Assembly: GCA_000708835.1 (NCBI GenBank)
Contig: DF237455.1
Coordinates: 2,731 to 66,730 of the forward strand
Source: Klebsormidium nitens
Lineage: Eukaryota > Plantae > Klebsormidiophyceae
Reading direction: 5' to 3'
Length of the DNA stretch: 64,000 bases
Shown here: positions 47,174 through 60,072 of the stretch, in pieces
Layout: each line of letters begins with the position of its first letter
Numbering within the stretch: the first letter of the stretch is position 1
Position numbers and translations under genes: made by a program
The notes under the pieces: model-generated
The model's database searches: none
Told to the model about the DNA's origin: nothing
What the model saw: the letters and a program-made list of their open reading frames with translations, nothing else

Positions 47174-47909
47174 CAGAAGGACTCGGAGCCTTCTTTCTTA
47201 GAGAGGAGGGGCACCCAGACAAGACCTCAGATTAGGGTTTGAACAGCGTCAGCATTGCACAAGCTCTCAACCACGGTTCCAAACGCTTCGCTCAAGTAAG
47301 GGCACTGTCCGAGTCCTGTGGTGCCCCTTTCGTGCTGCTCCAATGCTGCACTCAAATGCAGACCGTTCAGCTTGACCCGCAAGGTCTATGTGAAACCCCT
47401 GAGGAACCCGTCTTTTGGGCCGCCCTCAACATGAGGTGCTGATGCAGCTCTATAAGGGCAAATGCCGGAAATAACAGCCGCAGAAACCAGCAAGCACCAT
47501 GGGCTCTCGAGGTAAGCGCCTGAACCATGGCCTGCTCGAGTGTGCTCCCGAAGCTCTGCAGGCCACCCTCCATTTTCGGCATGCGCAGGAAGACGCCTTT
47601 TGCGGATCATCCCTCAGTTCCTAACCCAGGACCCGTAACCAAAATCGATCCCAGACTGTCCGGTCCTCGAGCTGGGGGTCGCGCAGACCCGGGGTTAACC
47701 TGCTAGGTTAGAAACTCTCGCTGAGCAGCAAACGAGCACGCCTTCCCAGCAATTCTTTGCCCAACCTCGGCGAGCTGCATTCTCTGCATTTCTACAGTTC
47801 AGATCGCCCTCAAGGAACAAATCGTGGGGGGCGTCTTCTTTCCTCGGTTCCGTGGTTGGTTTGGCAACGGTTTGGGGTGCTCTCTGGGTGGAGATCGCGG
47901 ATAGCCAGA

Positions 47910-48093
47910 ATGTCAACGGCAGCAGCGGCTCCCTTTTGGCGGACAGCGGGCTTCACGTACTTGCGATATGCAAACACGTGTGCCACCATGGTGCGGAGCT
48001 GCTTGAAGGAGCCGTACAAGAGCCAAGTGGCGGCGAGGGAGGGTTACTCATACAAGTTGGTCAAGTGGGATAATGGGACGCAGCAGAAAGCAG
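47910..48093 (+). CDS. ATP5F1E: Mitochondrial ATP synthase F1 epsilon subunit (exon 1; short last exon uncertain, candidate from about 48529)
   Basis: MSTAAAAPFWRTAGFTYLRYANTCATMVRSCLKEPYK...KW matches the plant epsilon pattern PFWRAAGMTY..Y.NICA..VRNCLKEP; donor G|GTGAGC at 48094. Confidence 0.9.
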
Positions 48094-49199
48094 GTGAGCT
48101 TTTTGTGATTGTTGGGCATGAGCCCAAATCTGCATTTTACCAGCAAAATGTTCTTGATTGTCTCCTGAACTGGACAACTGAGATGATTCGAAAGTGGTGC
48201 TTCAGGGCTTTTGATTGACTGTGAATTGACTCGGTGCTTGGTCTTACTGCTCGTGAAGAGAGAGGGTGTATGTGGTTTTGTTGGCGCTTCCACCTCTGCT
48301 CTGCTGCCATGCTGCTGCATCTTGGGTCCTGATCACTGAATCTAGGGTTGCCACCATTCACCTGTGGTTGATTGCTGACCAAAGCAAGATTTGTGGTTGG
48401 TTCCTTAAAGACTCCACTTGACTGCCCTTGACGTCTGAAAGGTCCGGACCAAGGTCAAGCTGCTTGTCACAGCTTGCTAGTCAAAAGACCATTTGGAGAA
48501 TTCTCTTCCATTTTCTGCCATGCCACAGAAACAAAGCCTTCTCAAAAAGCCGAATATAACTCCTGGCGCCACTTTCGTTCCACCGTGTGCATTCATTGAT
48601 TTTATTAGAAGCATAAACTCCAGAAGCTTCAATTGTCACCTTGGACTTTGAGTCAGGGTCTCTTGTTTCTGAGATTTCACTAATTCTTTGATAGATTCAC
48701 CAACCATGATTGTATGCTGTTGCAATTTCCCGCAAGTGCCTCACAAGAGCCGTCGGCGCCCAAGCGTGTGACAGAATGATATGATCTGCCAGATACATGT
48801 AGCGATTGATTGTTACGCTGGCCGTAATGCCTTCTTTTTGGGTGAAGGAAGAATGAAAGGCTTCGGAAGGCAGGATGTTCACAGAACCTCGGACTTCCAC
48901 ACCGAACACGGCGTTTGTCTTTGGGCAGAACCCAACTGATCCCAATTTTGCTCTCGTGCAGTTGTTCATGAAAGTGAGGCAGCGGCGCACTGACACATTC
49001 GTTTGATGTGCCACATGGTAAAGCCTTACATTTGCTAGCCCATTGACTGCTGTTTTGATACTTGTCACAAGAGACTGTACATAAAGAAGGATGAAAGGCT
49101 GACTAAAAGCAGGCCAATCTTGCAGCAAGAATATTTGATGTCATCTGAGTTGGATTTGTCTCCCACCTGCCCAATTTTATGATGAACGATACCTCCAGT

Positions 49200-49720
49200 A
49201 GATTCGTGGCATGTACGTTCATGATCCTGGTTACATGGTTACGTTTATATGGTTACGTCCTAAGAAGATTGAAGAAATGCAAGCATTGAACAGGCTTCTT
49301 CTTCTCGAAACGTCCAAGGAGAGGCGGTTGGCTGTGAACTTCCAAAAATGGGGTTGGATCATGATATTGCCACGCTTGCATGACGACGGGGTTTTCCCCA
49401 CTTGCAAAATCCTAGGCCCCAGCCAGTGCGGCCGCATGCATCTTGTTGGATCATCCGATATAATGTCGAGTGGGCATACCTTTGTCTTTAAGGATTGTGC
49501 AGCTGCATACATGGTTGCCGCCCTCTTCGCGGAAAAACTGGACCAATGCAAAGTCGAAATGCACACTGCAACTTATCAAAAGACGTCGGGCAAGTTAGCT
49601 GACTTAAGTTTAATGTTGACCTCATCCAGATCTAAAGCATGGCGGGCCGCCTTCAAACATGTCTGCGAACATACAATTGCCGATATCTCCATCAAAGCAC
49701 TGATTTTAGCTTTGCCATGC
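49200..49720 (-). mobile_element. Decayed SWIM zinc-finger fragment, MULE transposase-like
   Basis: The minus strand reads ..HVCSCTILKDKGMPTRHYIG* at about 49507-49455, resembling the SWIM consensus CxC-x7-GxPCxH; in-frame stops and frameshifts surround it. Confidence 0.4.
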
Positions 49721-50490
49721 GCGCGCCATGACACAAGCTACCTATGGTGGGTACCGGCCGAGTCGATTCCGACTCCGGCCGCCACAAAATCGATTTAGCG
49801 CGTATCGAATATCGTCAGTGTTACCGGCGGTTCGCGTCACGGCTACTCAGGTTTATGTTACTCGGGCGGTACAAATACTCAGAGAATTTTGCCGGGCCGT
49901 AAGTAAGTGTGAGGAGATTCTTAAACAGTGTCAGGTTTTACACTTTGAGAGGAGCATCAAATTGGCACGCAAAGAAGAGCCATATGCAGGCTTATAAAAA
50001 CCTCTGACAAGCAGAAAAAAATGTTGGGAGAGCGTCATGAAGGCTCCTTCGAAGCTCCAACATCTTGTTATGTTGAGGACAAATCGGAAGAAGCACCATC
50101 GTGGCTGCAAATTGGCCGCCATTGCTTGCTTCTAAAAAGCGCCATTCCCTACACTCCCGTTTCCATCTTCTGCACTCTCCTTTCAAGTTAGGTACCGCGG
50201 TACTCTAGGGTGGTTCGAGTCGGAACTTCCGATCGAAACCATGATTTTCAAATTTCACGTACGGTCAGACTTGATCGGTACCGTACCGCCGGAAACTCCG
50301 GAAGTTTCTGACGATCGGAATGTCAGACAGATTCTAATTTATGAACTCGGACCGGATTCTCAAGTACCGGTCTGCACGGTCGTCAGTACCGCGTACAGTA
50401 ATTGTCGCGACGCGACACACCGGTGATTCAGATTTGTGACCGGACCGTCGCGCGCGATACCCACCATAGGTTGCTTGTGGATTGGCGCGC
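49721..50490. mobile_element. ~770-bp element bounded by ~33-bp imperfect inverted repeats (non-autonomous DNA transposon candidate)
   Basis: 49732-49753 CACAAGCTACCTATGGTGGGTA versus the reverse complement of 50458-50479, CACAAGCAACCTATGGTGGGTA (21/22 identical), with outer GCGCGCCA also paired. No target-site duplication seen. Confidence 0.55.
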
Positions 50491-50739
50491 CGACTAATGC
50501 ATATTTTGAACGTGCGCATGAACTTCATACCTTTTTTGTGGCGCAGCAAAGCTGGCGCTAACTTCAATTCTTGCATGGGCCGGACGTGTATAGCAAATTA
50601 GATCATAGAACCATACATGATTATGCGCAACATGTGAGGGGGTGCATGGACCAGTACAAATATCCCGTGCATTGGACGTGTGTGAGGGCCTGATCTGGAC
50701 CCCAGCACGCTCTCAGAAACATGTTTTCGTCCAGAATTT

Positions 50740-50900
50740 GGCGATGTGCGAATTTCCATCTGGGATGTAGAAAATTAACGGGGCAACTAGCTGCACCGCA
50801 TAGGTACATAATGCATGTCGCTCGGGAAGCCGAATAGCACCAACCGTCTAGCTGTACACTCGTACCTTCTTGAAGGCAACCTATTGAAAATGGCAGCAAT
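50740..50900 (-). mobile_element. Second decayed SWIM/MULE-like fragment
   Basis: YECTARRLVLFGFPS, then after a 1-nt shift RHALC, then FLHPRWK in another frame; this resembles CxC..GxPCRHAL..IxxRW. Confidence 0.4.
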
Positions 50901-51108
50901 TAACGATATGCTGTACATCTGCTCAAACACTGCAGAATAAACAGTAGGTTCCCTTAAGCTACATGTTACAAGGACGACGACGTTACCAGAAGTTCTACAG
51001 AAACTCTGATAGCCACCTGCCAAACTATCATTTCTGTATAGACTTGACGCAGATTACTGGTTGGCAAATCAAGGACTACACTCCTAGGTACCTTGACTTT
51101 CTATGAAG

Positions 51109-54100
51109 TTAAAGTAACAGAGCAGAAGGAATCAACAGAGTCAACAACAATCGGCTCCAACTCATGTACTCCTTCATTCCGGCCGAGGTAATGAAGAACG
51201 GATAGAAGAGATCGTCCGGCAAACTCGGCAGCAGCGGGGGCGGCGGGCGGCCGATCGCGTGCGCTTCAGGCTGGACACGTGGCAGGAACTTGACCGTGTT
51301 CTGGATGACGAAGGTCTGGGCCACGTTGGGTTGCGTTGCGTCTTGGAACGTCCAGTCTGAGTATACGAGCGTCACGCGGCTGAAGCTGATCTCGCGTTGC
51401 GGGTTGTCTCGTGAACCGACCTGGGGCAGAAAAGGGACGTGCGGTCGGAACGTGGTATGGGTTTCAAAGCCCTCTTGCCAAACCACGGTCACCATTGCGA
51501 AAGCACTTCGCCCTTTATCGAACGGAAAACAAGGAAGTTGAGAAATAGGGAAGAATAGTAATGCGAGGGGGAAAGGAGGTCTTGCCTTGCCGACGCTATG
51601 TTTGAATCTGAATGCAGGGTGCAAGATTCGGGTCGTCCGAACAGCGACAGGATCGAGAGATCGACTCAATGAAAAGGTGAAGTTGACCTCTTTGCCTCTA
51701 GCTGTTAGATAAGGTGCGAGAGAGGGAAATCTACAACCATCTTCCGAGAACGGTGAGGCAGTGAAGCGTGTCTACCCTGACAGCTAGGACGGAACGTACT
51801 TATCCGCATGAGTAGGAGCAATACAAGCAACTGCTCAAGCAGCTTCTTGGTAGAGCGCTTGTTTCTAGGACCCGCTTGACTTTGGCCGAAGTCTGCATGA
51901 TCAACCATCCGTCGGTTTCTGCGAGCTTTTGCGGCTTGTATTCCAGTTCTGAAAGGGACCACAATAGGTGCCGACTCTCTGAGCTTATAGGGCTGCTCGC
52001 GCTGGCTTCCCCTTGTACCGTGAGCGAAACACCCGCAGCCGTCCAACAGAGAAGCAACGTGCTCAAGATAGATTGCATGATATCGCTGTCTGCCCGACGA
52101 TTAGTCATCCTGACCTCACCGGCGCTTTGCTGCCATTAAAACAGAGAGCTTCCACAAAATGTTGGAAAAGAAAGAAGAAAATAGCGAAGACTCCTGCGCT
52201 TTCTCACCTTTGACACCAGGAACTCGTACTTCAGACCCGACGCGACCCCGTGACACGTCAGCAGCGAGGCGTCCCACGTCATCGCTGACGTCATCCCCTC
52301 CACGACCACCTCCCGCCAGTCGAGGACGTTGCTGGCGTCAGCACTGGCCCACGTGGCGACGTACGTGTCGTTGCTAAGAGCGCCGAAGAGGCCGCCCAGC
52401 AGTTGAATGGGCAGCGGGGAGGGGGGCGAGGATTGGCAGAAAGCGGCGAGCTGCGCTTGCGTCAGCGGAACGCTGTAATAACGGAAACGGGTCGCTTAAA
52501 AGTATTTCACTTGCATGGAGCGTTGAGCATCGAAACGAATGCTTTGAATATGTGGAAGTAAGGGAAACGGTGCGTTTATAGCTTCCGTGGTATCTAGGCT
52601 GCGAAGACGAAAGCGCGATGCTCCTTTCGACCTGTTGTACAACCGACACCCTCTACGAGCTCTCGCTTCTAGCACTGCTTCCAAGCTATTTGCGAACCTA
52701 CTTACCCGGTCCTCGTCCTGTTTGGCACCAATTGACCCCTTTGATCAGCTACAAGGGTGCACCGAAAGTAACCCTTGCACGCGTTTACAAGATCAAGTTC
52801 TGAGATACGAAGCGTCAAGGTAGGGCTCTACGCTAAGCGGTGCAACCAGAGGTTACTTTACCTCGGCCTACAACGTTGTCATAAGGCCAGAAAGTTGACC
52901 GACAGAAGATACTATCAGCTTCAGAGCTTTGCTCACCCGCATGACGTCAGCGAGTCCGCTCCAAACACCACGTGGCTGACGTGGCTCGGGCCGCAGAGGC
53001 CGTCCGGGCCGGCGGCCGGGATCGGAAGGCCGTCCGTGTACTGAGAGATCGCCTGCTTGGAGCCGTCCGATGACTTCGCGATCTGACCCGCCAACACAGG
53101 GAACCCTGCAGTATGTGCAAGAGAGCAGGTCGGCCTCGATATTGGCTTGCCTCTCTTTTACGAAGTAAAATAGAAAGCTTTTGCATTCTATGAAACCGCG
53201 CTTCGGGCGACGCTGTACGACGTGGCTCTGCGGAAGATAGCAACGCCCAGTCTGGTCCCGTTTCCGCTTGACCGAAGTTCGATGCGAAAACGTACGCAAA
53301 ATCCCCCAAATGTCCCAGACCATGTTTTCGTCCAAGCCCAGACTGCCCCGCGCGGCGGCGCAGATTTAGTGCTACGCATCGTTTGCGGACGCGAAATTGC
53401 CGCCGCGAGATACCGTAACGATGTAACGTTTGACCTCGATTTCTCCGAACAGGCCTACTCTAAAGCCGCCACGTTGCATGCCAAGGTCGAAATAGCGGCC
53501 ACGTTGTGGTTTACACCACTGCCGAGCACTTGACACTGTGCAGTACCCCGGGCTTATAACGCCGAATTAAAAATCAAATCACCCTTATCTGCGATGGACT
53601 TCGTCAGTATTGTACGGGAAGGAATTTCACAACTGATCAAGGTGCCCGGAAAGAACAGTGCCGGCTAACCTGGTACGCACTGCCCAACCACCGCGGGTGC
53701 ATACCGCAAGGTGGTGTACGGACTAAGTTTAGCGTGTGCGCGCGCAAGCGCACGACCTTTGTGAATTAATCCATTTAAATTGTTTTACGCCACACAATGC
53801 AATTTTAAAATTCTGCCCAGTAGCACCACAGAGAGGCAAGCCCCCGCCGCCCTCCTGGGCGGTCTACCATGTTAGTTTGTCAAAAGTCCGTTGAACCTTC
53901 CATGAAAGATCATGTGTGGTACGGGTAATGTTTCGCTTGCGCCGTGGCGTGATGGATATGGAAGTCCTGCACCCAGGCTCAGAGATTCTCGAACACTTGA
54001 CTTGCGTAAAGGGCATACGAATACGTCTCGAGTAACTTTGTCAGAGGCACCATTTGTCGTGTCCTAACTTGCGAATATTCTACCTTCGACCCTGCTTGCG

Positions 54101-57100
54101 AGGAAGCATCAAAGAGTGAGGAAACGCGTGTCTCCGTGGTTGATTCTCGGGACTTCGACGCGTTTCCACGCAGATCGTTTCATGCAAAAAGGAGCTCGGC
54201 AGCAGCTGCACTTCCAAAATTCAGGTTTACAGCCGTGGGGCTCACCGTCTAAGTAACCAGGGTTCCCCGACTTTGGCCGCACCTTGGTCTGCGTCCCTTG
54301 CCTAACCCAACTGACACTAAACGTCTGCTGGAGAGTCGCCAGCCCAGTCGATGCGTCGGCCGTGGTGTTAGTGAACACCAGGTCAGCGTTGACGGACACG
54401 ATCGAACCGCTGCCGTCATACGCTATCGTGTAAGCTACCTGAAAGGCGACAAGGAGGCAGGGGTTAGAGAAGGCGCTCGCCTGCGGGTTTGACAGCGGTG
54501 TGTGCGCAAAGCGGCTTAGAAGCGCAGGACTGACAGGACCTAGACGTGACGAACGAAAGGGGATGACGCAAAGATAAAAGTAAGATGGAGGTAAACGGTT
54601 TGCACAGGCACATGTTTGCAAGAAGAACCCCGCTGCGCCTCGGAAAAGGTTTGAACGGGTCTGGCTATTAGCCGGCGAACATGTCTCTCAAGCCCAAAAA
54701 CGTGAGTTCGCAGCTCCAATTAGCTCCAACAATATGCACTAGTTGTCGCAGCCCTCACCTTGCTCAAACCATTCTGGCACGTGCCGGATGCCATGTCATA
54801 AGCGGTCGGCGAAGCCGTCCCCAGTGACGTCAGCGCTCCGGTGTCTGGATCGGCAAAGCGGACTATTCCGGTTGCGACGCTGACGTAGGCACTGGGCTGC
54901 GACTGAACGGCTGCTCCAGTCTGGTAAATGGACACGTGGCAGAATGTCAGATCGCATTTGAATATGGAATCTGTCTTCTCTCGTAGTAGCGCTGGAAAAG
55001 CTCGCAGCGAAATATCGAGGAGTGGCGTGGATGCATTGTGCTCGAACGAGGTTCTAGCATAGAAGTCGGCAATCGCAGCGAGTGCCGAAGGCGAGATAAG
55101 ACAATCAGGACACGGGAACGAGTTCCTCGCTGTGAGACAGAACAACTTCCGCCGCCAACGTGCCATGATTTGGTAACCGCTGATCAGTAAAGCCGTCCGT
55201 AAGGTTTGGGTCGGGAAACGGTAGGACTGCTACAGTACAACTTCGGAGCAACAGCAAAAGGGTCCCTGACGACGTTTGTGTACAGGCTATACGAGGCAAG
55301 AACCAGAATGGTCATGCCAGGGGAACAGAGGGTTGCTCAGTACTACGAAACCCGCAGAAAGTTTAAAAAGATGCAAAATCAGTAGCAGAATCCCGTACCC
55401 GTCCGATCCGCAGCCAGTCGGTAAAGCGGTCGGCTCCGAACGTGGCTTCGCAATCCTGCGCGAGCGTCTGACTGTAGCGCTGGCATGCTGTCTCCGGTAC
55501 GTCGGTCAGGAAACCTGCTCGGGAAGAAACAACGCCCAACATAAGTCTGTGCCAAGTTTTTCGGTTTGACGTTTCTCGGTATTCTGAGAGACAGCTGCAA
55601 GCTTACGTATAACGGTCCTACGTGACAAGAAAGAATCCAGCCAAACTTTTAGTATATTGGGGTACTGAACCTTGGTCAGAGTTCGTAGCACCATGCTGTT
55701 TAATCTGAGTGTTTCCTAACGGAACCTGTCTGTTCCGCCAGAGGAGCAACAGGAAAACGTCCTTGAGTGCACAATGCCCTTGTAAGCAAAGCGGAGGATT
55801 GTCGCCCGGCGCAACTAACTGTATTACCCGCCCATGCAAAGCCCTTTTAAACTTGCCAAGGCTGGCTTTTGATCTGACTTTTTTCCCCAACTTTCAATGT
55901 CAAAGTATCTGCAAGAGCAACTGCTTTGAGTTCGCAGTGATAAGCTCACCAACCAGCTGCAGCCCTTCGCAGGCGGCACTCAGGACTGGGGCGGGGAGCG
56001 CAAACTGCGCACCCGCCCCCGCGGCCACCAGCACCGAATTCCCCCCCAGGGAGTAAGCTGCAGGCAACAAGTCGCCAACCTGCGGAAGACATTGAAGTCA
56101 CTCAAACATTCGAATGGCTGGGTTCTTTGTGAGTCTGTGCTTTATGCAACGTGCTTCAAGGCCAGCTTTTGAAAATGTTCTTTTCGACAGGCTTAGGGGA
56201 CAAGCTTGGAAGAGGACTTTGGGCGTATGTATGGATGTACAAGGTCTCAAGTACCTCAGATGTTGCACACGTCCCAGATCTGCTGCATGCGTACCTTCCT
56301 TGAGCTTTATATTCAAAAAAACAGCCATGCCCTTCAGTGGCAAGCTATGTTTGCTTAGCTCTGGAGCATGCAAGACGCGCTTCACCGTTGTTTCCTTCCC
56401 ATAAACCTTACATTTGCTAAAGTTCTGGCAAAGGCAGTGGGCATTTGATGCAAAGGGGCAGATCCCAGACTCGCCCAGGCTTATGGTTTCTTTACTTTTC
56501 ATTTGTAAGTGCTCACCCTATAAACGTTCGTTGCAGAGCCTGCCACGACCGGAACCGTCTTCCCAAAGGTAAAGTCGCTGTACTGGGAAGCTGCTGTGGC
56601 AAGATCGGTTTCCACGGCCGGCGCAGGGTCGGAGAAGAACTGCCCCAGCTGGGCGTTGTTTTCGTGGGCGATGCACAACTGCTTGCTCAGAAACCCGTCG
56701 TCTGGGGCCGTCTTTTCAACAACCGCCAGGCTGCTGCTTTGGTGAAGGTTCACCTGAGGAGTACGCTCTTCACTTTAGAGAACGGTTGGAGCATGCGGCG
56801 GATGATGTTAGTCAGGCAGGAGCAGACAGAGGCCCATCCTTTTGACACCCACAGCAGAAGCATAGCTGAGATAACATTGGGTGTTAGCCAGTGAGTGTTA
56901 GCTGTCCGTGGTTTCACACCAACCAGATTGTAGCCTGCGGTACAAAGGACAAGCTGGTTTTTGCTAGCACAGTTATCAACACCAGCCATGATCATTAAGC
57001 AATACTGCCTTTGGATATTGGGAGCTCAAGAGTGGCTGATACATTAATGGGGCACGTATTGCCCCTGTAGCGGTAACCTGTCAGCCCCATAACGGGTGCA

Positions 57101-57763
57101 CAGCACATTTACATGGTAAGACTCAACTCAAATCCTTGGGCAATGCCAGAATAGTTCTCGAGTAGGCAAACGTGACCACCACCATTGAAATTTCCAGCTC
57201 AAAAACTGCAGCATAATCTCATGTCCATTCAAACAGTTCATAGTGAGCCACCTAGTGTCCAAATAGCTTGCAAAAGAGACTTCCCTCTTGAAGGAAAGAT
57301 AGTGCTCAGGGACTTCGACCCTCACAATGATGGTAAAGTTGACACCACCCAAATTTGAGACACCAACCTTGGCCACTTGCGACTTGGGCACACAATAGTC
57401 CAGCGAGGGCGCCGGCGGCCCCTCCGGTGCGCACTCCGAAAACAGCGCCTTTGCACTCTGGTCGCACTCTGCATCGCAGCAGCAGTTGACGTCACACCCG
57501 TTGAGCGTCAGATCACACCCACATGTGCCTGCTACTGTCACTTCAATTGCATTCAAGCTGGGGACTTGAGCAACGGTGGTCCAGTCAATTGGGAAGGAGC
57601 TCAGACTGAAGCTGGTGGTGCTGATTGAGCTGAGAAAGGAATAAGAACTAGGGACGGAGAAAAGAGCTGGAGGGGGTGTGCTGTTGCTCGATTGAGCTGC
57701 TTTCGCAAATTGCGCCGCTGCAACTAGGATAATAGAAAGGAGAATGAATAACACTCTGTCCAT
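51109..57763 (-). CDS. TCTN: Tectonic (ciliary transition-zone protein, TCTN1-3 family)
   Basis: Signal peptide MDRVLFILLSIILVAAAQFAKA, Cys-rich CGCDLTLNGCDVNCCCDAEC, KSGNPGYLDG|P motif, and C-terminal PPPPLLPSLPDDLFYPF plus a hydrophobic tail. Exons about 57763-57368, 56753-56517, 56079-55950, 55514-55398, 54923-54765, 54431-54245, 53110-52940, 52430-52215 and 51420-51109. Confidence 0.9.
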
Positions 57764-59472
57764 CGTACACGTTTCGCATTCCGCCAGCCACTCGGCTCTG
57801 AAAATTCTCAACAGGCTACAGCAGCCTTCAAGGAAGCTGATGACGCGCCAAGCTCGTTGTCTGCCTCCAACTCATTGAAGCTCTTTCGATGCATTGCTCA
57901 AGCTGATTATACGTTCGATCTGCATTTGCCATTCTCCGTTGATCGTCCTCCAAGGCGCACGAATACCATCATCTACCAATAATTGTTGAATCCTAAAGAC
58001 CTAAAAGTTCCTCTTACTGGCTTTGCATGCTGTTTGCCCATTCACAGCAATGAGCACCTCGATCCAGGTTTTGCATTCTGCAGGTTGAGGTTTGCTAGCT
58101 GAAAGCTAGAGCGAGATGTGCCAACCGTTTTCCCACTTAGACTTCGATCAGCCACAAAGTTGCCACGGTGTCAATAAGTTTCTTGGCATGCCGAGAAATT
58201 GCAGTAACGCTAGGTCGCCCATATATTCCATCGGTTACAATCTGTGGATTCTCACAACTTGCAACTTGCCTGAGTTGTAGGTATATGCATGATCCGTACG
58301 CCGTACGAACGAATGTCGGCTGAAATTCGGGTACCATACATGAAGAGCTGCGCATACCCTACACAGACCGTACATACTACACAGTGTATCCAACGGCCTT
58401 TCCGCAATCCTGTTTGCAGACAGGCCTCATCTAGCCGTCAAGTAAGTGTGCGCGCGTCTGACAGGAAGGTCCGAGTCGAGGCCGGCTGACCACTTTCATC
58501 CGACATCGGACATCCTGCAAAGGCTAAACCACGCATGCACAGAGCGGAGGCACGACCTACGTACTTGCTAGTTAGGTACATCTGAACACGCTGCCAAGTT
58601 TACAACTTCGTGACGGCCGCCGACAAGCTCTGTACGGCTCCGCCGATTCACCTTCTCCCTGCAAGCCGACTGCCCGGCGCCGACCGGTGTTCGACAAGAG
58701 CGAAACCGTCACCCTCACGGCGGCCGACAAGTTTGCCACCCGGCCGACTTAGCCGAGGGGCCTCAGCGGAAATGCCAACACCCTGTTGCACAGCAAACGT
58801 TTAATGTGGTTGTCCTTGATGAGGTGGTCGGGCGTCTGAACCGGGAGACAAGCCGACTGAATCGGATACCGTCAGCGGCTTCAATCGACTGACCGGAGGA
58901 AAGTCGGACTGGGAGAGGACCGTACAGGTGCAAAAGATTTCGAAACATACCGCGGCGATGCAGCTCGCTAGTGCTGTGACACTGAAAGACAGGCTGCTAA
59001 ACAGCCAAGGCTTTGAGGGCCTTGTGTTAGGTATTTTGCAGAAGGGTCGAAGTTGTAATATACCGTTAAAATTCTGGAATTTTTTAGCAACGTGCCAGGA
59101 ATAGCATCAATGAATCCGGTCTGAGTTTATCTTACAGGAAACAGAGTAACCCAGTAGACTTTCAGAGTAAAAGACTCCGACGCAGCTGGCCTGGAGAGCT
59201 TTAATTGATGACCTGCGCACGTCATCCCATGTGCGCCCAGCTAGGCAAGAGATTTAGAAGCGCGGGAGGCAACCAATGATTGTCTGCATGCGTATTGGAA
59301 CTTCTACTGGCTCTGGCGATGGGCCGAAACGAAGCACAATGATCAGCTCTGTAAGAGAAATGAAACACGTTGGAAACCGGTGCCTGCAATGAGTGCCTTA
59401 TCACAATTTTGTCGTGCTGTTAAAGTGAAACAGGATAAGCGTGCTGAAGAAGGAAGGGCGTCAGGAAACACC

Positions 59473-59528
59473 GATCAGAGATCAGGGATCAGAAATCAGG
59501 GATCAGGGATCAGGGATCAGGGATTAGG
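59473..59528 (+). repeat. Heptamer tandem array (GATCAGG)x8, degenerate
   Basis: GATCAGA GATCAGG GATCAGA AATCAGG GATCAGG GATCAGG GATCAGG GATTAGG. Confidence 0.9.
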
Positions 59529-60072
59529 CATCAGTAGTTGGGAATCAGTAATCACAATCTGAAACACCACACACCATGAGAGGAGCGCAAGCAAAGGCGG
59601 ACTTCTCCATGTAAGAGTTGTCCAGGCTGGTTTAAAAGAGTACGTCCTCCGCTCGAAAGAATGCGTGTAGGGCCTGCGCTGATCAGGGTAAGTTTCATTT
59701 TTCCTGCCTACTCGAAATTCTCTCTCTTTTGACTCCGTATCTGAAGACAGCGATTGCGCACTGATCTGCAAACCGTAAAGGTTTTGTGCGTGTGCTCAGT
59801 CGATACGCGCTTTTGGCCAGGGCTGCAGAACGAGACCTCTCAAACCCAAGACAACATTTGTCATGAACACCAAGGTGGGCGAGTACGGCCAAACAGGATT
59901 GCAGGTACCTGGAGACACTGGAATGGCCACTCTGGCCGTTATTATACATCACATTGCATCACGGTCATTCCTCAGACCTGAAAGCACTCGGCTACTTACG
60001 TTCCTTTGTGAGTCAGAGGGCGTCTTGTGACTCCATCTACAGCACTTCTGTTGCACTGCAGGGATGATCATC

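Noticed and set aside
49211-49798. 195-aa + strand ORF as a gene
   Set aside because: No recognisable motif; the SWIM-like signal is on the opposite strand, so this is probably an antisense shadow.
58600-58930. GC-rich stretch with a repeated CGGC(C/G)GCCGACAAG and a Walker-B-like FNVVVLDEV
   Set aside because: The motif is too short, frames are interrupted by stops and no Walker A is seen, so a helicase or Helitron call is unsupported.
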